From Ignavibacteriota bacterium (GTDB taxonomy: Bacteria > Bacteroidota > Ignavibacteria > UBA10030 > CAVZMI01), in contig CAVZMI010000021.1 of assembly GCA_963776275.1 (NCBI GenBank), forward strand, positions 160,001 through 224,000: a DNA stretch of 64,000 bases, written 5' to 3'. The notes below the pieces were generated by a model, which was given only the letters and a program-made list of their open reading frames with translations, ran no database searches and was not told where the DNA came from. The translations under genes and the position numbers were made by a program. Positions 22,373 through 32,531 of the stretch are shown here, one piece after another (positions within the stretch are counted from its first letter, which is position 1; each line of letters starts with the position of its first letter).

Positions 22373-24120
22373 ATGGACTCCCGGCAATCTCTTCGGAGTC
22401 TCGGCATGATATTGATTGCATCTCTTTTCATCACCCAATCGTATGCACAACATCAATCGAAGACAACTAAGGATGATGACAGTACCAGCGCTGTTGAAAA
22501 AAGAATTAATGCTCTTGTAGAAAAAATTCTTTCATCCATTGACAATGAAATGCAGATGACATTTGGTCACCCGGTGCTGCGCGAGCCACTTCCTGAAGGC
22601 CAATCTGCAGATTCCTCTGACTCAAGTGCATTACATGATGAGTTCATCATAAACGGGACAGATAGCACAATCACTTTCAACGGTGATAATAACATTGGAA
22701 TCAATGACACGATACGCGGATTTGTGGTTGTCCGCAACGGATCCCTGACTGTAAATGGCGTTGTCGAAGGAGATGTCATAGTTTATGAGGGCAACATAAT
22801 TGTAAACCGCAGCGGGATAATCACAGGGGATGCCACTGCCGTGCATGGAACGATCACAAAAAACGATGGAGGCGCTGTCGGCGGAGTCATGTATGAAACT
22901 ACAGAAGCACCCGACCATTATAGAGCACACAGTAGCTTACTAGGTCACCGATATTATTACACCGGCAGAGACCGCTATGCTATTCATCATCATGGACCCA
23001 CAGTCCCTCAATTTTCCCTTAACTGGCTGACAAATTCTGTTTCAAACTTCGATCCTTTCATTATTCGTTATAATCGTGTCGACGGGCTGTTCCTTGGTTT
23101 AGGAAGACCGGAGGTCAAGCCCTGGGAAGCGAGAAGAAATTTTGCATTGTACGGATCTCTTGGATACGGATTTGCTATTCATCGTTGGCAATACAATCTT
23201 GGATGGGATTTATTCGCCGGACCCGAGACTGTATGGAGGCAGGTATTGAATATCACGATATCACCGATACTCGTGATTCATGGATCATGAATCGAAATGA
23301 AAATAGCGCCGCCGCCTTTTTCATCCATGAAGATTTCTTTGATTATTACGGACGTCGTGGGTTCAACATTCATGGCTCGTTATATCCGACACATCATCTT
23401 CGCGCACGTTTTGATTACCTCGTTGACGATTATGAATCACTGCCGTGGAAAACCGATTGGTCATTATTCGGCGGGAATAAGCATTTCAGACCCAATCCCC
23501 CTATCTTCGACGGATTGATGCGAAGCGTTGTCATGAGTCTTGACTATAGTACAATTGATCGTACATGGTGGCAACGGTCCGGCTGGAATATTCATGCAAG
23601 CGCCGAGTATGCAGGAGATAATCTCGGCGGAGATTTTTCATTCCACCGTTATCTGCTCGACATCAGAAGGTATGAGCCTATCGGCAATTTCTCAAAGCTC
23701 AGCACTCGGTTGCGGGTTGGCAGCAGCCATGGAACACTTCCTTATCAAAAAATATTCGAATTCGGAGGAATCGGAACACTCCCCGCCTATCCCTACAAGG
23801 AATTCTTCGGTAACCGGATGGTACTTGTAAATTTTGAATATCTTATCCATGGAAGCGCATTAGACAATTCTGATTTCTGGCCGTTAGAGATTCTCAGTCC
23901 GTTCAGTCTGGTGCTCTTTCTTGATGCAGGGTGGGCCGATTACGTTCCGGCACGTCTATCATATTCCGATGGATTTAATACGCTTACCTGGAATACTCTC
24001 AAGAGCGACGCTGGATTTGGAATCGGATCGCGCGATGGCACACTCCGCATCGCATGGGCATGGAGGACGGATCAACGGAGTTCACCGGTATTCTTTTTTA
24101 GGGTAAGCAGACCATTTTGA
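22373..24120 (+). CDS. Outer-membrane beta-barrel protein (BamA/TamA-like C-terminus) with N-terminal beta-helix-like repeats; frameshift near 23231
   Basis: AGGAGGT SD, signal peptide, GxV repeats, YNRVDGLFLG, FGGIGTLPAY...GNRM, FLDAGW, DAGFG, terminal Phe. Confidence 0.75.
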
Positions 24121-24133
24121 GGGAACGTCAGCG

Positions 24134-25066
24134 TTATTTTTTTCGAATGACATACTCCACCCTGTCGGGTTTCGATGTCACGAGTGCGAGTCCTGCCGGT
24201 ACACTGATTTCAGGACGAATCGAGCCGGATGTGTCGAGAAGAATTGAATGATAATGAATGGAAGCAGAAATTTCGTCGGCCTGGACTGATGCCAATTGAG
24301 ATATTCCACCGCGGACAACGACATCAATTGATGGAGGAAAAAGAATAACCTGCCGATTGAAGGGAACCGCCGCAACATCAATAGGGATTCGCGGGAGAGT
24401 TTTTTCGGCAAACGGCTGGACGTCAAAACTTACCATCACCGTTGATTGTGAGAGAGTAAGAGGAACTTCGAGCGTGTCGCTGAGAGCTACCTGTTGGCGT
24501 AGCGGCATGTGGAGATCAGAAAGGACGATCTTTTTCGTTGCCCACCCCATAATTGTATCAAGAACACTCCTTGCACCGGCGATCGTGATACTATCCGGCT
24601 GAATATCGATCTTTCCCACCTGAATGTATCCTTCACGGAAGTGTACGTCACAGGAAGGTTGGACGGGTATCTTTTTCTGCGCCGCAACATCAAGCGTAAT
24701 TGTCAGCAATTCCGGGTAGATATCCACCACTTCAATATCCGATGGAAGAGCGACCGCTTTTAGAAGTATCTTTTGTAGTGACACCGTTATTTCTCGGTTC
24801 ACCGATGATAGGTCAATCGTGCATTCGGGTGGTTTGGCGATCTTCATCATTGCAATCCTCCATCCGCTCCCGTGAACCCTTAAAAGGACTGTTTGAGGCA
24901 ATGGGGATTGTATTGCAAATCCCGGCCGGATATTTTGAATAGCAAGAGGAATACTGAACGTTTCGAGATATTCAAAGCGTAGCGTTACAAATCCCCACAT
25001 TATGAGAGCAAAAAAAAGTGAGAGGGCCACAAGAGAGACGCGAGCTATGGAGAATAATCGAGACAT
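24134..25066 (-). CDS. YbbR/CdaR-like domain protein
   Basis: N-terminal TM (SLFFALIMWGFV) then repeated KKIPV...PDSITIAG / PPSIDVVVRG units. Confidence 0.82.
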   Translation of the reverse strand: MSRLFSIARVSLVALSLFFALIMWGFVTLRFEYLETFSIPLAIQNIRPGFAIQSPLPQTVLLRVHGSGWRIAMMKIAKPPECTIDLSSVNREITVSLQKILLKAVALPSDIEVVDIYPELLTITLDVAAQKKIPVQPSCDVHFREGYIQVGKIDIQPDSITIAGARSVLDTIMGWATKKIVLSDLHMPLRQQVALSDTLEVPLTLSQSTVMVSFDVQPFAEKTLPRIPIDVAAVPFNRQVILFPPSIDVVVRGGISQLASVQADEISASIHYHSILLDTSGSIRPEISVPAGLALVTSKPDRVEYVIRKK

Positions 25067-25140
25067 TTATAAGTGATCGGTTATTGCATCAATATAGAGA
25101 AGCCCTGAGAGAATGTCAATCGCTTCTCCGCTGAAACGAA

Positions 25141-25515
25141 TTATTGCGAAGCAAGAAAAATCCCGAGTGCAATAAGTGCGATGCCGGTTCATCTCATGAA
25201 TGTCATTGTCTCACCAAAGAGAAATTGTGCGAAGAATGCGATACAAAAAAAGGCAAGTGCGTTGGCAATCGGGAATACCACACTCAGGTTGCTTCGTGAA
25301 ACGACAACCATCCATGTTCCCATGCTAATAATGGCACAAACAATCCCTCCAATCAATAGTGGATTGGTGAAAACCGACACAAGACTTTCCCACGGCCGGG
25401 TAATATCAATCATAAATGTATGATGCTTCGTTCCGAATTTAAGAAGGAATTGACTTGTGACGTTGGAGGCGACGCAAATGAGAAACTCTACCATTGTTAT
25501 CGGCGTAGTCTTCAT
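25141..25515 (-). CDS. EamA/SMR-like small membrane protein (ArnE/ArnF-type flippase candidate) with an in-frame TGA at 25189-25191
   Basis: SQFLLK, NPLLIGG, LSVVFP, FLFGE; the frame continues after TGA as TGIALIALGIFLASQ*. Confidence 0.8.
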
Positions 25516-25565
25516 AATCTCTCCCTATAGAAATTTCTCTATTGTTCCGACATACGAGATAATAA

Positions 25566-26558
25566 TCACCAGTAGTGATTTTTATATTGCCGGTAAAATG
25601 CGATTGTTTTTTCCAATCCAATTTCGAGTTCAACCGATGGTTTCCAGCCTGTCACGGCCGAGAGTATAGAACCATCAGCAATATAGTCACCGATCTCGAC
25701 CCGTTTGTATTCTTCCGGAAAAGGAACAGCGCATACCGAGCCGCTGCCCGCGAGCCGTATTACTGTTTCGGCAATATTTTTTAATGACGAAGCGTTACCT
25801 CCGACATTATAGACACCGCCGATCGTTTCCGGTTGCATGGTAACGGCTAGGAACACTGAGACAAGGTCGTCTATATACGTTGCGTCACGTATTTGAGTGC
25901 CTCCGCCAAAGAGTTTGATCGTTTCATTGTCAAGCGCCTGTCGGACAAACCAGTTAATGATTCCCTGTCGGGAGTGCCTCATCTGGTGCCGCGGCCCATA
26001 GGTATTTGTCAGCCGTAACGTTGTTGTCCGCAGACCGTGAAGAGTATAATAGAGCGAATGATACCATTCCGCGGCCACATTATGAATTCCATTGATATCA
26101 ATCGGATGCAACGGATCGTCTTCTTTTACCGGAAGCGCTGCAGGTCGGCCATATTCACCCCGGGTTCCGGCAAAGAGAATTCTAGCTGTCGGATTACATT
26201 TTCTGCATGCTTCGAGAAGACTTAACTGCGCCCTGCAATTGATGTCAAGATCTGTAAAAGGATCCGAGATGCTATCTATATGACTCAGTGTTCCGGCCAG
26301 GTTAAACACTATATCCTGACCGGCCACTGCTTTCTCTATCAATTCCTGATCTCGTTGATCACCAATGATGATTGTGAGTGAATTATCGATACCATCGATA
26401 TTGAATCGATTACCACCGTATCCGACAAGAAGTGCATCCAATAGTGTTACGTTCGCATGAGCCCTGACGAGAGCCTGTGCAAGAGAACTTCCAATAAAAC
26501 CGAGTCCTCCCGTGATCAACACCCGGCGATTGGCATAGTATGTATCGATTGAGACCAT
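25566..26558 (-). CDS. NAD-dependent NDP-sugar epimerase/dehydratase (extended SDR)
   Basis: TGGLGFIGS, FNLAG, RLTNTYGPR, GTQIRD. Confidence 0.92.
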   Translation of the reverse strand: MVSIDTYYANRRVLITGGLGFIGSSLAQALVRAHANVTLLDALLVGYGGNRFNIDGIDNSLTIIIGDQRDQELIEKAVAGQDIVFNLAGTLSHIDSISDPFTDLDINCRAQLSLLEACRKCNPTARILFAGTRGEYGRPAALPVKEDDPLHPIDINGIHNVAAEWYHSLYYTLHGLRTTTLRLTNTYGPRHQMRHSRQGIINWFVRQALDNETIKLFGGGTQIRDATYIDDLVSVFLAVTMQPETIGGVYNVGGNASSLKNIAETVIRLAGSGSVCAVPFPEEYKRVEIGDYIADGSILSAVTGWKPSVELEIGLEKTIAFYRQYKNHYW

Positions 26559-27283
26559 TATACGGTCGTTTCCTGTTGAAAGAGACGCAGATTAACCCAG
26601 AGATGGACCAGCTGGAACATAGCACGGAAAATTCGTCTGAATTGGAACATCGTTGATTTTCCGTACGAACGAAAATAATGATGAACTCCCACCTCGACAA
26701 ACCGGGCTCCTGCATCCTCAAGCTTAGCAATCATTTCCACACACACAACACCGCTCGTATGTCTGAGTGGAATCTTAGAAATCATTGAACGGCGCACTAA
26801 CCGAAAATCACAATCAACATCGCGGATTATCAATCCAAATGCGATTTTCACAATAGTTTGATAGAGCCACCCAATAATAATTCTATGAAAAGGATCATGA
26901 CGCTTAATTTTATATCCATTGACAATATCAACCGTATCCGAGATCCGGTTTACAAGAAGCGACAGTTCATTCACATCGTACTGTCCATCCCCATCAGTAT
27001 AGAACACCCATTCCTTTGTCGCTGCGGCAAATCCCGCACGGAGTGTAGCACCATATCCCTTATTCTTTTCATGATGAATAAGCCGGAGTGCCGTATAGCG
27101 CCGATGTAATTCCTGCACGATATCCCAGCTCCCGTCTTCACTTCCATCATCGATGACAATAATCTCGTAATCGTCGGTGAGCGTGTGAGCGAGGGCATCT
27201 GCTTTGACGACCATCGATGCAATAGTCCCTGCATCATTATAACAGGGGAAAAAAATCGAGAGTGAAAGCGGCTCAGGTTTCAT
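26558..27283 (-). CDS. GT2 polyprenol-phosphate glycosyltransferase (DPM synthase-like)
   Basis: FPCYND, IDDGSEDGS, NKGYG, TDGDGQY, DVDCDFRL. Confidence 0.9.
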   Translation of the reverse strand: MKPEPLSLSIFFPCYNDAGTIASMVVKADALAHTLTDDYEIIVIDDGSEDGSWDIVQELHRRYTALRLIHHEKNKGYGATLRAGFAAATKEWVFYTDGDGQYDVNELSLLVNRISDTVDIVNGYKIKRHDPFHRIIIGWLYQTIVKIAFGLIIRDVDCDFRLVRRSMISKIPLRHTSGVVCVEMIAKLEDAGARFVEVGVHHYFRSYGKSTMFQFRRIFRAMFQLVHLWVNLRLFQQETTV

Positions 27284-29789
27284 GAGACTTAATTATCGGT
27301 TTTTCCCCTTTTTTAATTTTCTGATTTTGGATATATCCCCCGCCGAGAACGCACAGGAGTACTGCTGTCCACGCTGCAAGACTGATCGCATAACCGGCCG
27401 AATACATTTTAGATTCATACTTCATTAGAACCGTATGCTCACCCGCCGGTACAACAATCGATCGCAGTATGTAATTTGTTTTATATACCCGGACTTCGTT
27501 ACCATCGATAAAAGCTTTCCAATCCGGATAATAAACTTCACTGAATACCAATAGTGCGGGGGTATGTGTAAAAACTCGATACGATTTCTCCTGCGAATGT
27601 ACTGCAATAGGTATAATCGATGTGCTGTCAGAACGGCCTGGCTGGACTTCGGGTTCTTTTTCAAGAATCGCCTGCTTTGCCGGATTGAATAATTTACTGT
27701 TCAGTGTCCGGAAAAGATCCGATTTCTCCTTTATCACTATGGCGGTATCGACAAAAAAGATTCTCGGGAGTACGCCGGGATTCTTATATGTAAGTACTCT
27801 CTTCACCTGATCAACATTGACCAGCTGAAAATACTCATCGGGTAATCGTCTTGGCGCGATCAAATATTTCACATTCAACATATTGACAACATTCATATTA
27901 AGCGGAAAATTCGGATCCCATCCGCGATACAGCGCCGAGTCGAGCATCTCCTGATAGATGCTCAGTTTCGCGGGACTGTAGCCACCGATGGATTCTACAC
28001 GATGATACATCCATGTATTATCGTTGAATAATTGCATTAACGGGAATACTCGATATTCTTCAGCATCCTTTTTTAAAAAGGTCACCGTTGCGTCCGGAAG
28101 AAACCTGTTTTCAACATCTGTCGCAGTTTGTGGATTGATATAATTTGCATCAATGAGAAAAATATCGACTACAAATGTTAAACCGAGGATTGCAACAAGA
28201 GCACCTTTCCCGATAGATTTAATGGAATACAGGAAGAGGGTTCCGAGCAGGATTGTCATAAAAACGGTGAATCGCACAATATCCTTCCAGAGCATCTCAA
28301 AGCGATATTGTTTGAGCTGTGAAATCTGTTGTTGAGTATATTGCTGGGGATCCGAGTCTTTTACAAACATTGAACCGGAAAGAGTTTGATAAAGACTATC
28401 TTTCATCAATGCAATAAGAATTGTTGCACCAATAATAATGCCAAGGGTTATGAGTATTCGCCGTTTAAACTTCGCAACATTAAATTTTGCATCTTTTTCA
28501 AAGATTGTCATTAAGAACGACACACCATAAGCTGAAAAGATAGCACCTATGAATGGAAGAAGCGATAGAATCATTGCCGGCGAGCGAAATTTGCTTAAGA
28601 ATGGCAGATAATGAAAAAGGATGTTGTAGAAAACTGAAAAATGCTTTCCGAACGACATAAGCAGAACAAGAACTGCCATGAGTGCACAGAACACCGTCAT
28701 CCGATTCCGACAATAGATGAGCGCGATAACAGATAAGAGAATTGGAAGCAGACCGAAATAATTTGTCGTTTCGGTGAACGGCATCCAGCCCCAATAATAC
28801 GGTGTTTGGTATCCGAAAAAGGCAGGGATCGTAAACGTGAGCATTTCGAGCGGATGGAATGACCAATCTGTCGCATATGCGAAGGTGAGCCCGCCTCCCG
28901 CTCCCGGCATTCCGGTTCCGCCACGCATTGAATAATGGGAATAATCATAGACCGATAAATACACAAACGCAGAAATGCAGAATCCGAGTATAATCCCGCC
29001 CCAGAACAATGCACTCTGGACGACTACTTTCCTGGGTTGCGACTTCACTTCGATGACGACTGAATATAACCAGTAGCATCCGATCACCATGAATACATAA
29101 TAGGCAATCTGGACATGGCCGGTCAGAAGAAGCGTTCCAACACCCGCCGCGAAAAGTCCGAAACTTAAAAATGACCGTTTTTCAAAGAGATACTGGGTTG
29201 CCAGTACTATCGCGGGCAGGTACATTAGTGCGAAGAGTTTCGATCCGTGACCGGCCTGAGCGAGACCGATCGCGACTGGATTAAACATGAACACCAACGC
29301 CCCGATCGTGGAGGCAACCGGCGTCTGTTTCAGCACCCGTAAGAGAACGTACATGCACACACCGCCGAAAAAATACGCCTGCACCATCTGCCCCGTCCAT
29401 GACATCGGCGCATATATAAAGAAAGGGAGGCCGAATAGTAACCTAATAATCCATCCAATATAATCCATCCCTTTATAATCCATCTTGAATGTAGGCACTC
29501 CAAGACTGGCGAATGCCGGCATGCCGCTGAAGGCATAGGGCATCCAGAGAATTGGTACTTTTTCGGTATCATGGAGTTGCGTCGCGGCCGTTTGCCAGCT
29601 TTGAGCGGCCGCAGTATCACCTTCGGTCGAGAATACGGTATTTTCAAAGACGATGCCGCGGAAGAGGATAAGGGTCAGGACGTAGAGTATCGCAATGGCG
29701 ATAATATCGGTTCTATGCCGTGAAAAAAATTGTGCGGATTTTTTTTGAGGATTTCGAGATTGCGTGGAGAGTTGCTGTTGTTTTTTCAT
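27273..29789 (-). CDS. YfhO-family membrane protein (GT-C glycosyltransferase candidate)
   Basis: LWMPYAFSGMP, GHVQIAYY, KFRSP, GGYSPAKL, SEVYYPDWKAFIDG, NYILRSIVVPAGEH; many TMs. Confidence 0.88.
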   Translation of the reverse strand: MKKQQQLSTQSRNPQKKSAQFFSRHRTDIIAIAILYVLTLILFRGIVFENTVFSTEGDTAAAQSWQTAATQLHDTEKVPILWMPYAFSGMPAFASLGVPTFKMDYKGMDYIGWIIRLLFGLPFFIYAPMSWTGQMVQAYFFGGVCMYVLLRVLKQTPVASTIGALVFMFNPVAIGLAQAGHGSKLFALMYLPAIVLATQYLFEKRSFLSFGLFAAGVGTLLLTGHVQIAYYVFMVIGCYWLYSVVIEVKSQPRKVVVQSALFWGGIILGFCISAFVYLSVYDYSHYSMRGGTGMPGAGGGLTFAYATDWSFHPLEMLTFTIPAFFGYQTPYYWGWMPFTETTNYFGLLPILLSVIALIYCRNRMTVFCALMAVLVLLMSFGKHFSVFYNILFHYLPFLSKFRSPAMILSLLPFIGAIFSAYGVSFLMTIFEKDAKFNVAKFKRRILITLGIIIGATILIALMKDSLYQTLSGSMFVKDSDPQQYTQQQISQLKQYRFEMLWKDIVRFTVFMTILLGTLFLYSIKSIGKGALVAILGLTFVVDIFLIDANYINPQTATDVENRFLPDATVTFLKKDAEEYRVFPLMQLFNDNTWMYHRVESIGGYSPAKLSIYQEMLDSALYRGWDPNFPLNMNVVNMLNVKYLIAPRRLPDEYFQLVNVDQVKRVLTYKNPGVLPRIFFVDTAIVIKEKSDLFRTLNSKLFNPAKQAILEKEPEVQPGRSDSTSIIPIAVHSQEKSYRVFTHTPALLVFSEVYYPDWKAFIDGNEVRVYKTNYILRSIVVPAGEHTVLMKYESKMYSAGYAISLAAWTAVLLCVLGGGYIQNQKIKKGEKPIIKSHET

Positions 29790-29857
29790 AACGGTCCTTC
29801 TCTGATTCAAAGACTTTCTAAAGAAAGCATAAACTCCGCTAAAGTTCAACTTTTTTA

Positions 29858-30330
29858 TTATCGTATGAAGTTTTCTATCAATTTCATAATTGTTGAAGTT
29901 TTCTCATTCCAATCATTTTCCAAGTGAAGGTTAATATCTTACGGATAAAGATTTTATCGTTTTTCTTTTTCTCTGAGTCTTAAATAGCAGCAAGACACTC
30001 ATCGGTAGAATAACCGCTCGTCACATATATCATAAGTGAAGGAACGGACATACAATGGGATTGAAGCATACTTTCCAAAACCGGGGGAAAAAATCTTGTG
30101 ACCTTCGAGATATTCATTCTTGGCAGAGATATCGAGATGTGCCGATCCTATAACAATTATATTCATCTATGGAAAGTTTTAATAAGGGTGAGTGAAAGCG
30201 ACGGCGCGGGAAAAAGGTCAAATTCAACTTCATTGTTGACAAGATATAATCGATACCCACATTGGTGTAAACGAATCGACAATATCAAATCATGATAATT
30301 TTTAAAGAGATTCTGCATGCTTCCATCTGC
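29858..30330 (-). pseudogene. Possible decayed glycosyltransferase C-terminus
   Basis: Fragments STDECLAAI* and LENDWNEKTSTIMKLIENFIR* resemble GT-B C-terminal helices; multiple stops. Confidence 0.3.
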
Positions 30331-30354
30331 CTCTGCGGTGTTTTTGAATAACTT

Positions 30355-31229
30355 TTAATTTGGATGATTCACCATAATTCTTGCCAATTCAGTTATTGTC
30401 GTCGTAGCGAACCATCCTAAAGAATTAATTGTCGCTGGATTTGAAACCAATACCTGATACTCCGCCTTGAAGTCTCTCTTCTCCCTGACATAGTGTCGCC
30501 AATCCTTATTAATTAGCTTGAAACACTCATCAAGCCACCTCTCGATAGAATATGCATGCCCTGAGCCAATCGTCGCCTCATATACTTGGTTCTGCCCGAC
30601 GAGCGTCATAATTCCTTCAGCCACATTTTCAGCAAACGTCCATTCTTTCCTCACCGATATGTCGTCTATCTCGAGTATTTCTTTGCTTCCTTCTCCAATT
30701 CGTCGTGCCGTCAAAGCTATCTTCTGGCTCACAAATTTCTCTCCCCGCAGGGGACTTTCATGATGAAAAAGATAACCAATGTATGCCTGGATTCCCATTG
30801 CACGGAAGTATCGAGCCAGATACACTGAATAGTTCCTGCTGGCAACATACGCACTGCTGTGATCGAAGGGTCCTTCTCGGATATAGGCCCCCCTTTATTA
30901 ATAAACTGTAGTCCACTTCCTGCTATGAATACCTTACTGCCGGGAGACCATCGTTTGACTGATTCCAATATATTGATAGTACCGGTACCGATGGTGGAAT
31001 GGTTCTCATAAATCACGTCATGTTTGGTCGTCGATATCGAAGCGAGGTGAAATACCATAGCCGGATTGTGATTTCGAATTAGCTCATCCACAAATTCGGT
31101 GGAAGCAACATCACCGTGCAGCCAATCACCGCTCCGGTCGATCCCGATGACCTCTATCTGCCGCTTACGACAGAACTCAGATAGATAGTATCCATCCTGT
31201 CCATTGGCCCCAAATATTAACGCCTTCAC
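30355..31229 (-). CDS. GDP-mannose 4,6-dehydratase-like / NDP-4-keto-sugar reductase SDR; frameshift near 30868
   Basis: GANGQDG, FHLA, LFHHESPLR...FVSQKI; the corrected join reads PFDHSSAYVASR. Confidence 0.85.
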
Positions 31230-32506
31230 CGTCCGGGTACCTTTCCCTTTGAAACGATCTCTATCTTAGGAAGCGGGAATATCAGATTTGTCCCTCGTTC
31301 CAAGATTTCCCGTTCTCGCTCTATGAACTCATCCTTGAAATGCCACGGTAGCACAAGGTAGTAATCAGGATTCATCGCACGCGACTCGGTCTCACTAATA
31401 ATCGGAATATCCGTACCCAGGGTATGTGCACCATATTTGTCGGGATTCCTTTCGGCAGCATAGTCGATAATTTTGTTATCGATATTGCACCATTGCAGTA
31501 TGGTATTACCTTTGGTTGATGCACCGTAGATATGGATTTTTTTTCCTTCCATCTTGAGTTTCTTTAGTAAAGTAATTAATTCGTCCCGATGGACATTAAT
31601 TCTATCTTGGAAATTTTTATAGGGTTTATCGGTATCCAATTCGAGGTCGAACTCGTCATTGTGTATCGCCTTAATATTCTGCAGATATTGTTCACTCTTA
31701 TATTTGAAGTTTGTTGTGTGCGTTGCATAGCAGCGCAAACTCCCGCCATTGATATCATTTAGCGTTGCGTTAAAAACTTTCATGTCGCTCTGTTTTAGTA
31801 TATATTCGATCACTGCGAGGCTGTAGAATTCCAGATGCTCGTGGCAAATTGTATCGTATGAGGTCATTTTTAGCATCATGGGCATATAGGACATCTCGAA
31901 AATCCAGATGCCGTCCGGTGCAAGGATGTTTTTTATACCCTTAACAAACGCAACCGGATCTTCCAAATCATAGAACATTGCGATGGAAGTAATGATGTCC
32001 ATCTTAGTCCCCTGTAAACAGTTCAGAAGTTCATCCGATGGAAATATATCCTGAATGACTTTCGCCGCCCGTTTGTCAATCTCCTGGGCAACATCGGACG
32101 GGTCAACTCCATACTTGTGGAATCCTTCCGGGTAAAAACCAAACAATGTTCCGTCGTTGCACCCAATATCGAGAACTGAACCGCTCGTTTTTTTAAGTAT
32201 CGAAACGGCTTCTTCAACAATGCCCTTAAGGTGATTTTTCATTGTCTTGTTTGTTCCCGAACGATACCAATAAGCAGAATAAAGAACTTCAGGCGGTACT
32301 GTATGTTCCATTTGCAGTAGGCCACAGGCTTTTTCATCTTTAGTAGGATCACATCGGACAAGAGACATGGGAATTTTTCTGATGGGAGGAATTTCCTTCC
32401 CTGGTTTTACAAATGAACCTTGAAGATGTTGATATCCAAGATTAATTACTGGGGTCAGAGCCGTGGAACCGCAGACCCTGCAACTTTTTCTGTGTATTAG
32501 ATGCAT
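31226..32506 (-). CDS. NDP-hexose C-methyltransferase (zinc-binding N-terminus)
   Basis: CRVCG, YWYRSG, LDIGCNDG, YDTICHEH, NGGSLR, YGASTKGN, LPWHF, FPLP. Confidence 0.9.
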   Translation of the reverse strand: MHLIHRKSCRVCGSTALTPVINLGYQHLQGSFVKPGKEIPPIRKIPMSLVRCDPTKDEKACGLLQMEHTVPPEVLYSAYWYRSGTNKTMKNHLKGIVEEAVSILKKTSGSVLDIGCNDGTLFGFYPEGFHKYGVDPSDVAQEIDKRAAKVIQDIFPSDELLNCLQGTKMDIITSIAMFYDLEDPVAFVKGIKNILAPDGIWIFEMSYMPMMLKMTSYDTICHEHLEFYSLAVIEYILKQSDMKVFNATLNDINGGSLRCYATHTTNFKYKSEQYLQNIKAIHNDEFDLELDTDKPYKNFQDRINVHRDELITLLKKLKMEGKKIHIYGASTKGNTILQWCNIDNKIIDYAAERNPDKYGAHTLGTDIPIISETESRAMNPDYYLVLPWHFKDEFIEREREILERGTNLIFPLPKIEIVSKGKVPGR

Positions 32507-32531
32507 AGTATTTCATCCCTGGGTTGATAAA

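Noticed and set aside
25189-25191. UGA recoding (Trp, Gly or Sec)
   Set aside because: TGA ends pdxJ, thiM, glgA, tatC and others at their expected C-termini; no Cys-equivalent position or SECIS is evident.
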